Source: Vicugna vicugna
Taxonomy: Eukaryota
DNA: 64,000 nucleotides
Direction: 5' to 3'
NCBI GenBank assembly: GCA_013265495.1
Contig: MU058153.1
Span: 1,056,001-1,120,000 of the forward strand
Both the position numbers and the translations under genes were made by a program. This document shows positions 12,399 to 25,864 of the stretch, piece after piece. Position 1 is the first letter of the stretch. Each line of letters opens with the position of its first letter. The notes under the pieces are model-generated. The model was not told where the DNA came from. It did no database searches and saw only the letters and a program-made list of their open reading frames with translations.

Positions 12399-15300
12399 GG
12401 GGTGTTCCTTTTTTGCTCAGGATCTTTTTACCTTGTTTCCTCTACATCACACTTCACAGAGTGGTGCTGATGATCCAGTGGCAATCCAAAGCAATGTGGT
12501 CTCTGCCTTCCTGGAACTTATATTCTGGCAGAAGAAGACAATAAACACATGAAAAAGCATGAGTATGTCAGGGAGATGAGTGCTATAGAAGAAGTGGAAA
12601 GAAGGTGGTCAGATTAGGGTAAATAGAATTATTGGGTGGTTCATAAATAAATGGAGCCAACATGTGGGAAATTCCCCCTCTGGCATGCTGTCTCACCACG
12701 ATCTCTCAGATCCCCAGCAGGGTGGGTTATCTCCATTACAAGATTCACTTGGCATTTTGCTCTTCCCTTGTGATTTTATTAGCGTTTGTGGGTGAGTCGT
12801 CAACTGCAGAGAACAAGTGAAACATTTTATTGTACACCATGTCCCTAGCACACGATATCTGCATCACGTTGTTAAAGAAGAATGAGAGGAACAGAATAGT
12901 AGGAATCGAGCTGGGAAAGAGCAAATAGAGAAAAAAGACAGGAAAGGCTGGGAAGACGGAAGAAAGGGAGGAAGAAAAGAAGAGGACTAAGGGAATGATG
13001 GCAGAAAGGAAGGCTGATATTCAGGAACAGAGTTACATGGGTGAACCCTACATACTGGACGCCCATGAACAAACCACTCAACAGCAATGTGTGCGGTGTC
13101 GCCCTTAGGAGGCAGCCCTCTTATGCTGCGACACACAGATGCAGCATTAAGTAAGTCCTGTTGGCTGTGGGACTACGCCATCTCCTTAAAACAGACCATC
13201 CCCATTAACCTAAGACATCTTGTTGCCTGTGACACCTGGCGCTTGACATCTGTAATGTTTCCGTATAGCCATGGGAGTCAATAAAAGAAAACCAAGGACA
13301 CCACCACAACTCTGGCGTTTTCAGGGTAATACATTGTGTGTGTATCAAATACAAAGGCAGCGTTTAGCGGCTCTCACCCCTAGCAAACGGAAACTCTTGT
13401 TTCTCTGAATTATACTCATCGGTGGACTGGGATTGATTGCTGCTCTCGAATAATTTATTTTATAAGACTCAATAAAAGAAAGTGATGAAAATGTGCCAGA
13501 TGATTTCTACAGAGGGTCAGAATGAAAGAGCTGGGAGAGAATGCAGCTCCATTCATATTCACTGCTTGCTTCCTCAAATGCTGCCCCGGTCCTGGATGGA
13601 AAACTGTTCATCTCTCCTCAGCCTTCCCAGACCTAACGGGTGGAGCAAATTTCCTTGATGTTCTGTTTACCTTATTCTTGCTTTTATTTCCTTTGATAAA
13701 GACCTATTGGTATTAAAGATTGCAGGGGGTTTATTTTACATCGCAATGCTGGTTCAATTACTTCCAGCTACATCGGTACACCGGAGAAGAGAGCTTCAGA
13801 AGGTAACAGAGCTAGCGGTGCATTGCCTTCCATCTCCCAGGTAGCAAATGCAATTGTTTTGTTTTCCACGGTCTTGAAATGACTAGATATCAGCAGCTTA
13901 CACCCTGCAGGGCAAATCAGGATGCAGCAGAAAGTGTTCAGAATTGCTATGTTGGCACTGATAGCAGAACGGTAATAACAGAGTGTGTCTGGACACAATA
14001 GGGCTTTTGGCAATGTCAACGCTCATTCCCTGCTGGAAAATAGACTGTGTCATTGTGTCATTCCAACTCACCTTTTATTTTCCCTCCACTTCCTTGACCT
14101 GGAGAATTCTTTTTAGGATGAATTAACTCCGCCCTCTTTGCCACAGACACACTGTTACTCAATAGCTGTCTCTACCACCCCACGTCTTTGCTATGTAGCT
14201 CAAAAATTACTCTCCAGTAATCTCTCTTCCCAAAGGGTTTTGTGCTTACCTGGCTCACCTCCCTACTAACTCATTGTAGTAAATTCCTAGATGTATGAAG
14301 CAGCTAGCAAACTCCTTGGCTGCTTATCCTCAAGGGTATACGAGGGGAGCAATGTAAAGAAAGTCCCTAAACTATTTACCCTCTACAGATAGCCCCCCTA
14401 CACACACACATGCTTTGCTTTACTTAGAGCTATTCCACAACTGGTAAGTAAGCACTCCATCTTATTTAGTCATTTTTAGCTGAAGAATTGCTATCTGTAA
14501 ACTCAATATGTGTTATTGCCAACCTTGTACAAATAGGATGCTGATCATTCTATACAGCTTTCTACTCTGTTACAGTTCTCTCTGCCCAAACCTCATTATT
14601 TGCAATGGGATGAGTTTGGTCAGCCATCTAGAGTTTATCTTACTTGTTTAGATCTCACTTCTTTATAAATCTATGTGATACAGCTGAGCAATTCTTCTCT
14701 AATGCTATGTAACAACGTATTTAATCTTTTAACCTTTATGTGTGTGTGTTGTAGGAAACAACAATGACAGTCATAACATGGCATAAAAATCTGCCACAAC
14801 GTGGCCCAGAGACAATATCCATGTGGGTCATTGGTTTTGCTGTTACAGAGGACTTCCAATTTCACTTTCTGTAGCAATCCCATATTTTTGCGATGTATAA
14901 GGCATTTGCCTCCTTTCTGATTCTCCCCAAAAAACTTATCTTACTACCTTTTTTAATGTCTAAGTTTTATAGATAAGGTTCTTTCTTCTCATACCATGAA
15001 TGCATCTGTAATGGAAGCAAACGTCTGGTTTCAGCCTATGCATATAATCCAAATAGGAGCCCATTTTGTCTTATTAATTCATGTAAATATCAAAAAATCA
15101 GCAAAGAAAAAAAAAGTTGAGATAATGTGGTAAAGCAGACTGTTGCTTGGTGACTGATCTGTAGAGAATTTTCCTTAAATTCCTAAGACGATGTCAGCAT
15201 CATCCCATGAACAAAGAGAATTCTTCAAGGCCTCCCGTGTAGAAATGATTTCTGCAATAAAAAGCCTTTCCTTTCACCTCCTGATCCTCTAGTGGTTTGC

Positions 15301-15989
15301 AGTTTTCCTCTGACTTTCTTTGCCTTTTTGCCACTTCTGCATTGCTAAATTTTCATATTTTAAGTTCTTTGAACTGTGACCCAAACTTTTTTCAGAAAAA
15401 GAGAATGACAAAGATGTAACTTTCAAAATAATACGGCAAGATGCTAGAAACTGCCCACCACCCGTGTATTGGAAAAACTGGTGAAGAAGCAAAGAGAGCA
15501 GAGAGATGCTGCGCTTTGTCTCCCTCCCTTCATTTATCCACCCCCTCTGCCTGGAGATTGAACACTTCCACTGCCATTGTCAACAAAGCTATTATTCCAC
15601 TCATTGGTCAGTACATGTTCATTTTCAGCTGAATGCCTGGGGAATTGATGCATTGTATGCTGATCTCTCTCAGGGTCATTTTCTCAGGGACAGTAATGCT
15701 TAATCTGTATCATGCACATCCCTGATTGGTAGGCTAGGTTTGGGGTGGTTAATCATAGCTTACCTACACCAGAACTCAGACACAAAGGAGCAAATAGAAA
15801 TGATAGGTTTTTGTTTGTTTGTTTTTCTGAAAGGAAAGGTGCTGGTCACTTCAGTCTTTCAAGAAAAGGAGATTTCTGGCTTATCTTCAAGAAAATCCCT
15901 GCCTATCCATGGAGTCAGTGGTGGAAAAAAAGACTGTCAGATGCAACACACTCCCAAATTACAAGTCATCCATTTAAGAGACTCTTGTT

Positions 15990-18900
15990 TTTTTTTTTTT
16001 TAAATGGGTATTACGTTGGTTTCAGGTGTACAGTATAGTGATTAACATTTAAATACAGTTAGAAATGATTACCATGGTAAATCTAGTAACCATCTGTCAC
16101 CATAGAAATTATTACAGTATTCTTGACCATAGTTTTTGTGCTGTCTATTACATCTCCATGGCTTAGTTATTTTATAGCTGGAAGTTTGTACCTCTTGATC
16201 CTCTTCACCTATTTTGTCCGCCTCCCCCTACCCTTATCCACTTTGATAACCACCAGTTTGCTTTCTGTATGTATGTCTGATTTTGTTTTGTTTTGTTTTA
16301 TAGATTCCATATATAAGTAAGATTATATGGTACTAGTTTTTCTCTGTCTGACTTACTTCACTTAGCATAATCCCCTCTAAGTCCATTCATATTGTCACAA
16401 ATGGTAGGATTCTCTGCCTTTTTATGGCTGCGTAATATTCCTCTCTGTGTGTGTGTGTTTGTATGTGTGTCTCCCACATCTTTATCCACACATCAATTGA
16501 TGAACCCTTAGCTTAGTTTCATATTTTGGCTATTGTAAATAGTGTAAATATATGTGTTTATATTTTTTTGAATTAGTGTTTTTGCTTTATTCAGGTAAAT
16601 ACTCAGTAGTGGAATTGCTGGATTGTGTGGTAGTTCTATTAATTTTTTGAGGAAGCTCCATACTGTTTTCCATTGTGGCTGCACCAAATTACATTTTCCC
16701 CAACAGTGTACAAGGATTTCTTTTTCTCCACATCCTTGTGAACATTTGTTACCTGTTTCTTTTTGATGATAGCCATTCCAACGTGTGAGGGATATCTCAT
16801 TGTGGTTTTGACTTCTATTTCCCTGGTGAACAGTAATATTAATCATCTTTACATGTGTGTATGTGTGTGTGTGTGTATATATATATATATGTATTTATTG
16901 AAGTATAGTCAGTTATAATGTGTTGAATTCTGGTGTACAGCATAATGTTTCAGTCAATGTTTCATTTGAATATATATTTAAAGCAAATATACATATATAT
17001 TCATTTTCATATTCTTTTTCATTATAGGTTACTACAAGATATTGAATATAGTTCCTGGTGCTATAACAAAGAAATTTGTTTTTTATCTATTTTATATATA
17101 GTAGTTAGTATTTGCACATTTCAAACTCCTAGTTTACCCTTTTCCACCCCCTTTCACCCTGGTAACCGTAAGTTTGTTTACTCTGTGAGTCTGTTTCTGT
17201 TTTGTAGATAAGCTCATTAGTGTCTTTTTAATTTTTTGTAGATTCCATGTATGAGTAATATCATGTGGTATTTTTTATGGCTGAGTAGTATTCCATTGTA
17301 TAAATATACCACAACTTCTTTATCCAGTCATCTGTCAATGGACATTTAGATTGCTTCCATTTCTTCACTACTGTAAATAGTGCTGCTATGAACATTGTGA
17401 TACATGTGTCTTTTCAAAGTTGAGTTCCCTCTGCATATATGTCCAGGAGTGGGATTGCTAAATCATATGATAAGTCTATTTTTAGTCTTTTAAGGAATCC
17501 CCATACTGTTTTCCATAACGGCTGCACCAAGCTACATTTCCACCAGCAGTGTAGGAGGGTTCCTTCTTCTCCACACCCTCTCCAGCATTTATCATTCCTG
17601 GACTTTCTAATGATAGCCATTCTGACTGGTGTGAGGTAATACCTTATTGTAGTTTTGATTTGCATTTCTCTGATAATTAGCGATATTGAGCATTTTTCTC
17701 ATGTGCCTATTAGCCATTTGTATGTCTTCATTGGAGAATTGCTTGTTTAGGTCTTCTGCCCATTTTGGAATTGGATTGCTTGTTTTTTTGTTATTAAGTT
17801 GTATGATCTGTTTATATATTCTGAATATTAAACCTTTGTCAGTTCCATCACTTGCAAATATTTTTCTCCCACTCTGTAGGTTGTCATTTTGTTTTGCTTA
17901 TGATTTCTTTTGCTGTGGAAAAGCTTATAAGTTTAGTTAGCTCCCATTTGTTTATTTTTGCTTTTATTTCTATTGCCTGAGTAGACTATAATACTAGAGA
18001 ACAATACTAAGATTTATGTCAGAGAGTGTTTTACCTACATTTTATCCTAGGAGTTTTATCATGCCTTATCTCATATTTAAGTCTTTAAGCCATTCTAAGT
18101 TCATTTTTGTGTATGGTGTGAGGGAGTGTTCTAACTTCATTGATTTACATGCTGCTATTCAGTTTTCCCAACACCACTTGCTGAAGAGACTGTCTTTTCT
18201 CCATTCTATATTCTTGTCTCCTTTGTCAAGGTTGATTGAACATAAGTATGGGTTTATTTCTGGGCTCTCTATTTTGTTCCATTGATCCAAATGTCTATTT
18301 TTTGTACCAATAACATGCTGTTTTGATTACTGTAGCTCTGTAGTAGTATCTGAAGTCTGGGAGGACTATGCCTCCAGCTTCATTCTCTTTCTTCAGTATA
18401 GCTTTGGCAATTCTGAGTCTTTTGTGATTCTGTATAAATTTTAGGATTATTTGTTCTAGTTCTGTGAAAAATGTCCTGGGTAATTTGACAGAGATTACAT
18501 TAAATCTGTAGATTGCTTTGGGTAGTGTGGCCATTTTAACAATATTAATTCCTTCAATCCAGTAGCATGGGGTATCTTTCCATTTCTTTAAGTCATCTTT
18601 AATTTCCTTAATCAATGTTTTGTAGTTCTCCATGTACAAGTCTTTCACCTCCTTGGTCAGATTTATTCCTAAGTATTTTATCATTTTGGATGCAATTTTA
18701 AAAGGGATTGTTTCTTTACTTTCTTTTTGTGCTATTTCATTGTTAGTGTAAAGAAATGGCAACTGATTTCCGTATGTTAATCTTCACTCCTGCTTCCTTC
18801 CCAAATTACTTTTTCAGCTCTAGTAGTTTTTGTGTGGAGCTTTTAGGGTTTTCTGTATATAGTATTATGTCATTTGCATACAGTGACAATTTTACCTCTT

Positions 18901-21900
18901 CTCTTCCAATTTGGATCTTTTAAATTTCTTTTTCTTACCTAATTGCTGTGTTGAGCATCTTTTTATGTGTCTGTTAGCCATTTGTGTTTCTTCTTTGGAG
19001 AAATATCTATTCAAGTACTCTGCCCTTTTCTTAATTGGATTGTTTGTTTTTTGATATTGAGTTCTACAGTTCCTTTGTATATTTTTTATATTTACCCCTT
19101 ATCAGACATATTGTTTGCAAATATCTTCTCCAATCCAGTTGGTGGCCTTATTATTTTGTTGATGGTTTCTTTCACTGTGAAAAATCTTTTTTAGTTTGTT
19201 GTAGTCCCATTTCTCTAGTTTTGCTTTTATTACCTTTGCCTGAGGAGACAGATTAAAAAAATATTGCTAAAACTGATATCAAAGAATGTACTGCCTATAT
19301 CTTCTTCTGGAAGTTTTATGGTTTCAGGTCTTATATTTAAGTCTTTAATCCATTTCATGTTTATTTGTGTATAAGATGTGAGAAAATCACCTGGTTTCAT
19401 TATTTTGTGTTTAGTTGTCCAATTTCCCTAACACCATTTATTGGAAAGGCTGTCTGTACACCATTGTATATACTTGCCTCCTTTGTCATAGATTAATTGT
19501 CCCTATAAGAGTGGGTTTATGTGTGGGCTCTTTATTATGTTCCATTGATCTATATGTTTGTTTTTGTGCCAGTACCATACTGTTGATTACTGTAGCTTTG
19601 TAATATAGTTTGAAATCAGGCAGTGTGATACTTCCAGCTTTGCTCTTCTTTCTCAAGATTGTCTTGACTATTTGGGATCTTTTGTGGTTCCACACAAATT
19701 TTACAGTTATTTTTTCTAGTTCTATGAAAAATATCATTGGCATTTTCATAAGGAATTGTACTGAATCTGTAGGTTTCATTGGCTAGTTTGGTTCTTTTAA
19801 CAATATTAATTCTTCCAGTCCATAATCACTGTATATCTTATCATTTACTTGTATCATCTACAATTTTTTTCATCATAGTTTTTAGTGTATAGTTCTTTTA
19901 CCTTTTTGGTTAAATTTATCCCTAGGTATTTTAATCTTTTCAATGCATTTGTATATTGAATTTTTTTCTTAATTTCTCTTTCTGATATATTGTTATTAGT
20001 ATATAGAAATGTGAAAAATTGTGTTTTAATGTTGTATCCTGAAATTTACTGTATTCATTTATTAGCTCTAGTAGATTTTTTTTTTGGAGGGAGGGCTTTG
20101 AGGTTTTCTTTATATAGTATCTTTTATAGTATGATTTGTCATCTGCAAACGGTGATAGTTTTACCTCTTCCTTTCAATCTAGGTTGCTTTTATTTCTTCT
20201 TATTTGATTGATATGGCTAGGACTTCCAATATTGTGTTGAATAAAAATGGGAAGAGTAGACATGCTTGTCTTGTTCCTCATCTTAGAGGAAACGCTTTCA
20301 ATCTTTCACTGTTGAGTATAATGTTAGATGTGCATTTGTCACATGTGGCCTTTATTAGAGATATGTTCCCTCAGTACTTATTTTGTTCAGAGTTTTTATT
20401 AGAAATGGATATTAAATTTTGTCAAAAGCCTTTTCTACCTCTTTTGAGGTGATCATATGATCTTTATCCTTAGTTTTATTAAGGAGGTGTACTATATTGA
20501 TTGATTTGTGGATATTGAAATTTCCTTGCATCCCTGGAATAAAACCCAATTGATCATGGTATATGACCTTTTAGTGTATTACTGAATTTGGTTTCCTAAT
20601 ATTTTGTTGAGGATTTTTGCATATAAGTTCAGCAGGAATATTGGCCTGTAATTTTCTTTTTTTGTAGCATCTTTGTCTGGTTTTGGTATCAGGATAATTC
20701 TGGCTTTGTAAAATAAGTTTGAAAGTTTTCCCTTCTCTTCAATTTTTTGGAATAGTTTGAGAAGGGTAGGTCTTCAAATCTTTGGTAGAATTCACCTGTG
20801 AAACCATATGGCCCTGAATTTTTTGCTGTTGAGAGTTTTTTTAATTATGAATTCAATTTCATTATTAGGAATTGAGCTGTTCAGATTTTGTATTTCTTCC
20901 TGATTCAGTCTTGGGATATTGTATGTTTCTAGAAATTTATCCATTTCTTCTAGGTTGTCCAATTTGTTGATATGTAATTGTTCCTAGTAATCTCTTAATG
21001 ATCCTTTTATATTTTCTGTCTGGATTTTTTAATTGGAGCATTTAGTTCATTTAAATTTAAAGTAATTATTGATATGTGTGTACTTATTGCCATTTTGTTA
21101 ATTGTTTTCTTGTTGTTTTTGCAGTTCTTCTCTGTTTCCTGCTTCTTCTCTTGCTCTCTTCCCATGTGATTTGATTACTTGCTTTAGTGTTATGTTTATG
21201 TTCCTTTCTCTCTAATTTTATCTATTATCAGTTATTGGTTTGTGGCTTCTAAGAGGTTCTTATGTAAAAACCTATGTATGTAGCAGTCTGATTTAAGTTG
21301 ATGTTCACTTATGTTTTAGTATGTTCTGAGAGCACCACACTTTTACCCTATCCCACATTTTGTTTTGATGTCATATTTTACATCTTTTTTTTTAGTATCC
21401 CTTAACTAATTTTATTAATTTTGTCCTTTAATCTTCATACTAGCTATACAGTTGGTTGATCAACTGCCTGTGCTACATGTTTTCCTTTCCCAGTGAGGTT
21501 TTTTTTTTTTACTTTTATGATTTTTACACTTTTAGTAATGGCCTTTCATTTTCTGTTTAAAGAAATCCCTTTAACGTTTATTGTAAGGTTAGTTTAGTGG
21601 TGATGAACTCTTTAACTTTTGCTTGTCTGAGAAATTATTTGAATTCTTGTTTGTAAGGCTTTTTTTCCTTTCAGTACTTTGCATATGGTGTGCCACTCCC
21701 TTCTGCCCTGTAAAGGTTCTGCTGAAAAGTCAGCTGATGATCCTATGGGGGCTCCCCTATATGTAACATGTTGCTGCTTTTAAGATTCTCTCTTTATCTT
21801 TAACTTTTCACATATAATAAAAATGTTTCTTGGTGTAAGTCTCTTTGGTTTTATCTTGATGCTTTCTGGGCTTTGATGTCTCTTTCCTTTGCCAGGGTAA

Positions 21901-23130
21901 AGAAGTTTTCAGTGATTACTTCTTCAAATAAAATTTCTGTCCCTTTATCCTCTCCTTCAATCTCTATAATGTGATTCTCAGTACATTTGATGTTGTTCTA
22001 GAGATCCCTTAAACTATCCTCATTTTTTGTTTATTTCTTTTTTATCATTTTGCTGTTCAGAATGGGTGAATTTCACAAGCCTGTCTTCCAGATTGCTGAT
22101 CCATTCTTTTGCACCATCTAATCTCTTGTTTGTTCCATTTAGTGTATTTTTTAGTTCAGTTATTGTATTCTAAGAATCTGATTGGTTCTTTTTTTTTAAT
22201 AATTTTTAATTTCTTTATTTGAGTTTCTCTCTGTGTTCCTTCACTTTTGAATGTTTAGGACTATGACTTTCAATTCTTTATTGGAAAATTTCTGATCTCA
22301 TTTTCCTTTAGTTTTTTTTTTTTTAGAGGGGGTTTCAATTTGTTCTTTTATTTGGAACATATTCCTTTGTTTCCTCATTTTGTGTGACTCTTTTAGCCTG
22401 TTTCTATGTACTAATTAGATCAACAACATTTCCTGGTCTTGAAAGAGTGGCTTTATGTAGAAAGTGTCTCGTGGGTTCCAGTAGTATGGTCCCCTGTGGT
22501 TGCAGGAGACTGGTGCCCCAGAAGTGTCCTCTGTGTGGGCCACACATGACCTCCTGTTATCACTGGATGTTGCAAGCCCACTAGTGTGGGCTCTGTACCC
22601 AGAGAAATTTCCAACAGATCCCTGCCCTTGGGCACACAACCTAAAATTAATCGATGAATTTCCTCCGTGTATAATCCAGTTGTTTTGCAAACTGCTGCCT
22701 CTGTGCAAAGGCCTGTTGAGAGTGAGTTTTTGTTTGTGTCCATTAAGAGGGGTTTCTCGGTTTCCCACAGCCCCCCAGCTCTCCCAGACATAAGCCCCAG
22801 GTTTTCAAAGCCATGCATAGTAGGAGCTCATTCTCCTGGTGTAGGTCCCCAGGCTGGGGAGCCTGATGTTGGATTTGGAGCCCTTGCTCCTCAGGGAGGT
22901 CCTCTGAGCCTGCGATCTCAGCACCAGACATGTGAGTCCTGGCCAGACCATGTCCTTGCTCCCCCTACCCATCTCAATGTGGCCTTTTAAAATTTTTGGC
23001 TGTGGAAAATCTTTTCTGCTGGTCTTCAGGTCATTCTCAGTGATAGTTTCTCTGAGATAGCTGTGATTTTGTCGTATCCACGAGAAGAGGAAAACCCAGG
23101 ATCTTCCAACTCTGCCATTTTCTCCCACCC
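15990..23130 (-). mobile_element. Decayed, originally full-length LINE-1 (5'UTR, ORF1, ORF2, 3'UTR), interrupted at about 16855-18950 and with an internal ORF2 deletion near 21020
   Basis: Poly-T at 15988-16001; ORF2-like peptides (16508..16846, 19486..19779); 'NKLDNLEEMDKFLE' near 20930-20975; ORF2 start 'ISIITLN' near 21055-21075; GC-richer 5'UTR about 22400-23130 ending in YY1-like AAAATGGCAG; degenerate TSD 15974-15990/23131-23150. Confidence 0.9.
16855..18950 (-). mobile_element. 5'-truncated younger L1 nested in the older L1
   Basis: Own 3' end 'tttattgaagtatagtc' near 16894 preceded by (TG)n(TA)n; ORF2 peptides '[10 protein letters not shown]' and '[16 protein letters not shown]'; host L1 resumes at about 18950. 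Confidence 0.9.
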
Positions 23131-25864
23131 TTCAAGAAGACTATTTATTTAAAATACATACATACTTAGGGAGACCTTTGTTAACTGATTATTTCTGAAA
23201 GGGATATAAATGTTTGATGTTAGTATATATTTAAACTAATCCTAGTTCTTTTCCAGCCTTGTAATGTGAGGCAAGCCTTAAATTTACCAATTCTGGTCAC
23301 CTTCTCTGAAGGTCTTCCTCTAAGTTCCACACCTTGGAGGAGAAATAATTAACCTCATTATGCACTGATCGTTTCTTTCCTGTGTATTTCCTCTGCACAA
23401 CGGTGTGCAGTCATTTTCGTACCCTCCTGCACCATAGTTTGCATTTTGTCTCTAGTTTCGTGAATGCCTGAAGGCATAATGATGCCTAACTCACTGAGTT
23501 GCTGTGAAGTTGATGTGAAAGAACATATGTGGATCCCCACCTCCTGGTCCCATTACAGCTCAGGAGATGGAGAGGAAATTGGATAATTGGGAATAGGGAA
23601 AACTTGGGTAACCTGCTTAGCCCAGCATAGGTGAAGGGGGAACTCACTGTGAGTCCCCTGTGAGCATTCTGGAATGTTTCTGTGCATACTGGTTTGTATG
23701 GGTGGCCACCGGGCTGCATGAGACTCACAGATATGGTTTCTTTGGTTACCGGAAAGGTTTATTTATTTTTGACATGCTTTGTTTTGTTTATCAAATAACT
23801 AGTTGTCAGCATTTCAAGATCAAAAGTTTTCATATAAAAATCTAAATTTCCTGCTACCCTTGGCTGCAGTCCTATATAGCTGAAGCTGAGTAAGAATAGA
23901 ACTTTTGTGTTGCCCAGGGATTGGATATCAAACAATTCCTCTGTAGTTACAGAGGTGAACTTAGAGCCTATGGTCACAGAGCTCTGTAGGTGAGTATTCA
24001 CAGCAATGGAAACTTGTGGATGCTTCTCTTCAGGTTCCTTCCATTTTCTTCATAGGAAAGGGAGCCAGGACACCAGCTGAGAGTGAGGACTGAGGGAGGG
24101 GGAGTAGGGAGAGGTACGGCACATTTCACTAGCAAACACTCCAATTTCCTCTCCTCCTGAAATAAGCAAAGTCCAACTTCTTGATTTTCTATAACTCATG
24201 TAATACTCTTCTCAATACTCTCTCCCAATGGAGGGAATGAGATGACAGAGACTTTTCTGAAAACTGCTAGTTAACAGCTCCAGTTTAAACAGTCTCTGGA
24301 ATGCAACAGATTCAGTCACCTCGCAGGTTAGCTCCCTGTCAGAGCTGTGTTCTCACCCTCCTCTTCCCACTGACATCTGAGTACATGGGGAAGATGACAG
24401 AATTCAAGGGAGCCTCCCTTCTGTGCAGCCTGCCATGCTTATGCTGGGCTGCCTTGAGGGCTGGCGGATGGGATTGCTGGCTGTGCGAAACTGTACGGCT
24501 GAAGAAGACAAGTTATCTTTACTCAGTCCTGGTCTAGTGAGACTCCACCGTCACCATACCCCACCCTCCATGATTCAACCGCCAGTCAGAACTTGCCTGC
24601 TGTGCAGATGTCTTCGAGGAGTTTGGAGGTGACTCCCATTCAGTGTCTGGCCTCACCCACCACTGCAGCAAACCATGTTGGGCAGGTTCCCAGCAAGAGC
24701 CCTTTCCAGACACAGCTGGACTGTGGGAGCCAAGAATGCTGCCTCAGACTCATCATTCCATCCACCCTCGTCCACTGTGGCCACACTACTGCCCACCCCA
24801 TGTTGACCCAGAGCCAGGCTAACATTCCAAAAGGAGAATGAACAAAAGCTACTTCCGATTTGCTTTCTTACAAGGTTATCAGCCTGGAGCAGAGAAGTCA
24901 GACACAGGTCTTTCCTACATGCTGTGGGACCAGAAGAAACAGGCCTGTCACTTTCTTCCGGCAGAGTCTCCCGGAGCAGGGCATCCTCCGTTTCTTATGG
25001 GCACCAGCCCTGATGTTCTCGGTCGGCATGGTTGAAGGATTCTCTGTGCTATATTATTGAAAGAATTAGGTGATCTGAGCCATCTCGGCATAATTCTAAA
25101 TAACAGAAGCCTTAGATCAACTCTGAACTAGGGATTACTAAAGATGAAAATACATTGGTTTAATAGTCCCAAGACATTATCCTCTACAACAACTACTTCT
25201 ACTTGCTCTGTGTGATTTGGAGCTGAATTAAAAGTACTTGACTTTCCACAGCAGTGTATCATTAAAAGGGTGAGTTTTTCAAACCGATGGTTCACTCTAT
25301 GGTTGGTTTAGTTGTTCACACTTTGTTGTCATCACTGTTTTTGTTTTGTTTTGTTTTGTTTTGCTTCAATTCTATACTGAGGTAATTACCTGAAGGCACA
25401 ATTTTTAAAAAATCAAACCACTAAATATGCTTTACTGCTACATAAACTGTAAAAAAAAAAAAAAAGGAAAGAACGAAAGAAAATACAGCTTTTAAATGGG
25501 TGCTTGGCAGTTTTTCACTCTCTATTTCCTTATTGCCTGCTTTCATTCATTAGTGCTTCCCCCATGCCCCCGGGACCATTTGAGTTTGAGACTTCCTTCT
25601 AAAATTAGCTTCTTTCTTCAAAGACTTCATGGCTCTTGTATCAGCATCCTTTTCCCACGTTGTTCTTTTCAAACTCCATCTTTCAGTGCTCTATGTTTGC
25701 TTACCTAAGCTAAACAAAAATATGTACATACAGAATAGTTTATATTTCTTCATTCTGAAATATTTAGTGCAGTGTTCTGAATTACACTAATTTCAAAATG
25801 TCATATTGGAGGTTTATAATTTATATGAACGTAAATACTTTTATGAAAAGTAGAGTATGATTCA

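Noticed and set aside
17414..19779. Reverse-transcriptase-like ORFs as a novel RT system
   Set aside because: Ordinary LINE-1 ORF2 fragments broken by stops and frameshifts
17690..20215. Apparent 1.25-kb tandem duplication
   Set aside because: Explained by a same-orientation L1 nested in another L1; the copies are clearly diverged
22384..23128. Cluster of overlapping ORFs in GC-richer DNA
   Set aside because: Lies in the L1 5'UTR, where stop codons are rarer by composition
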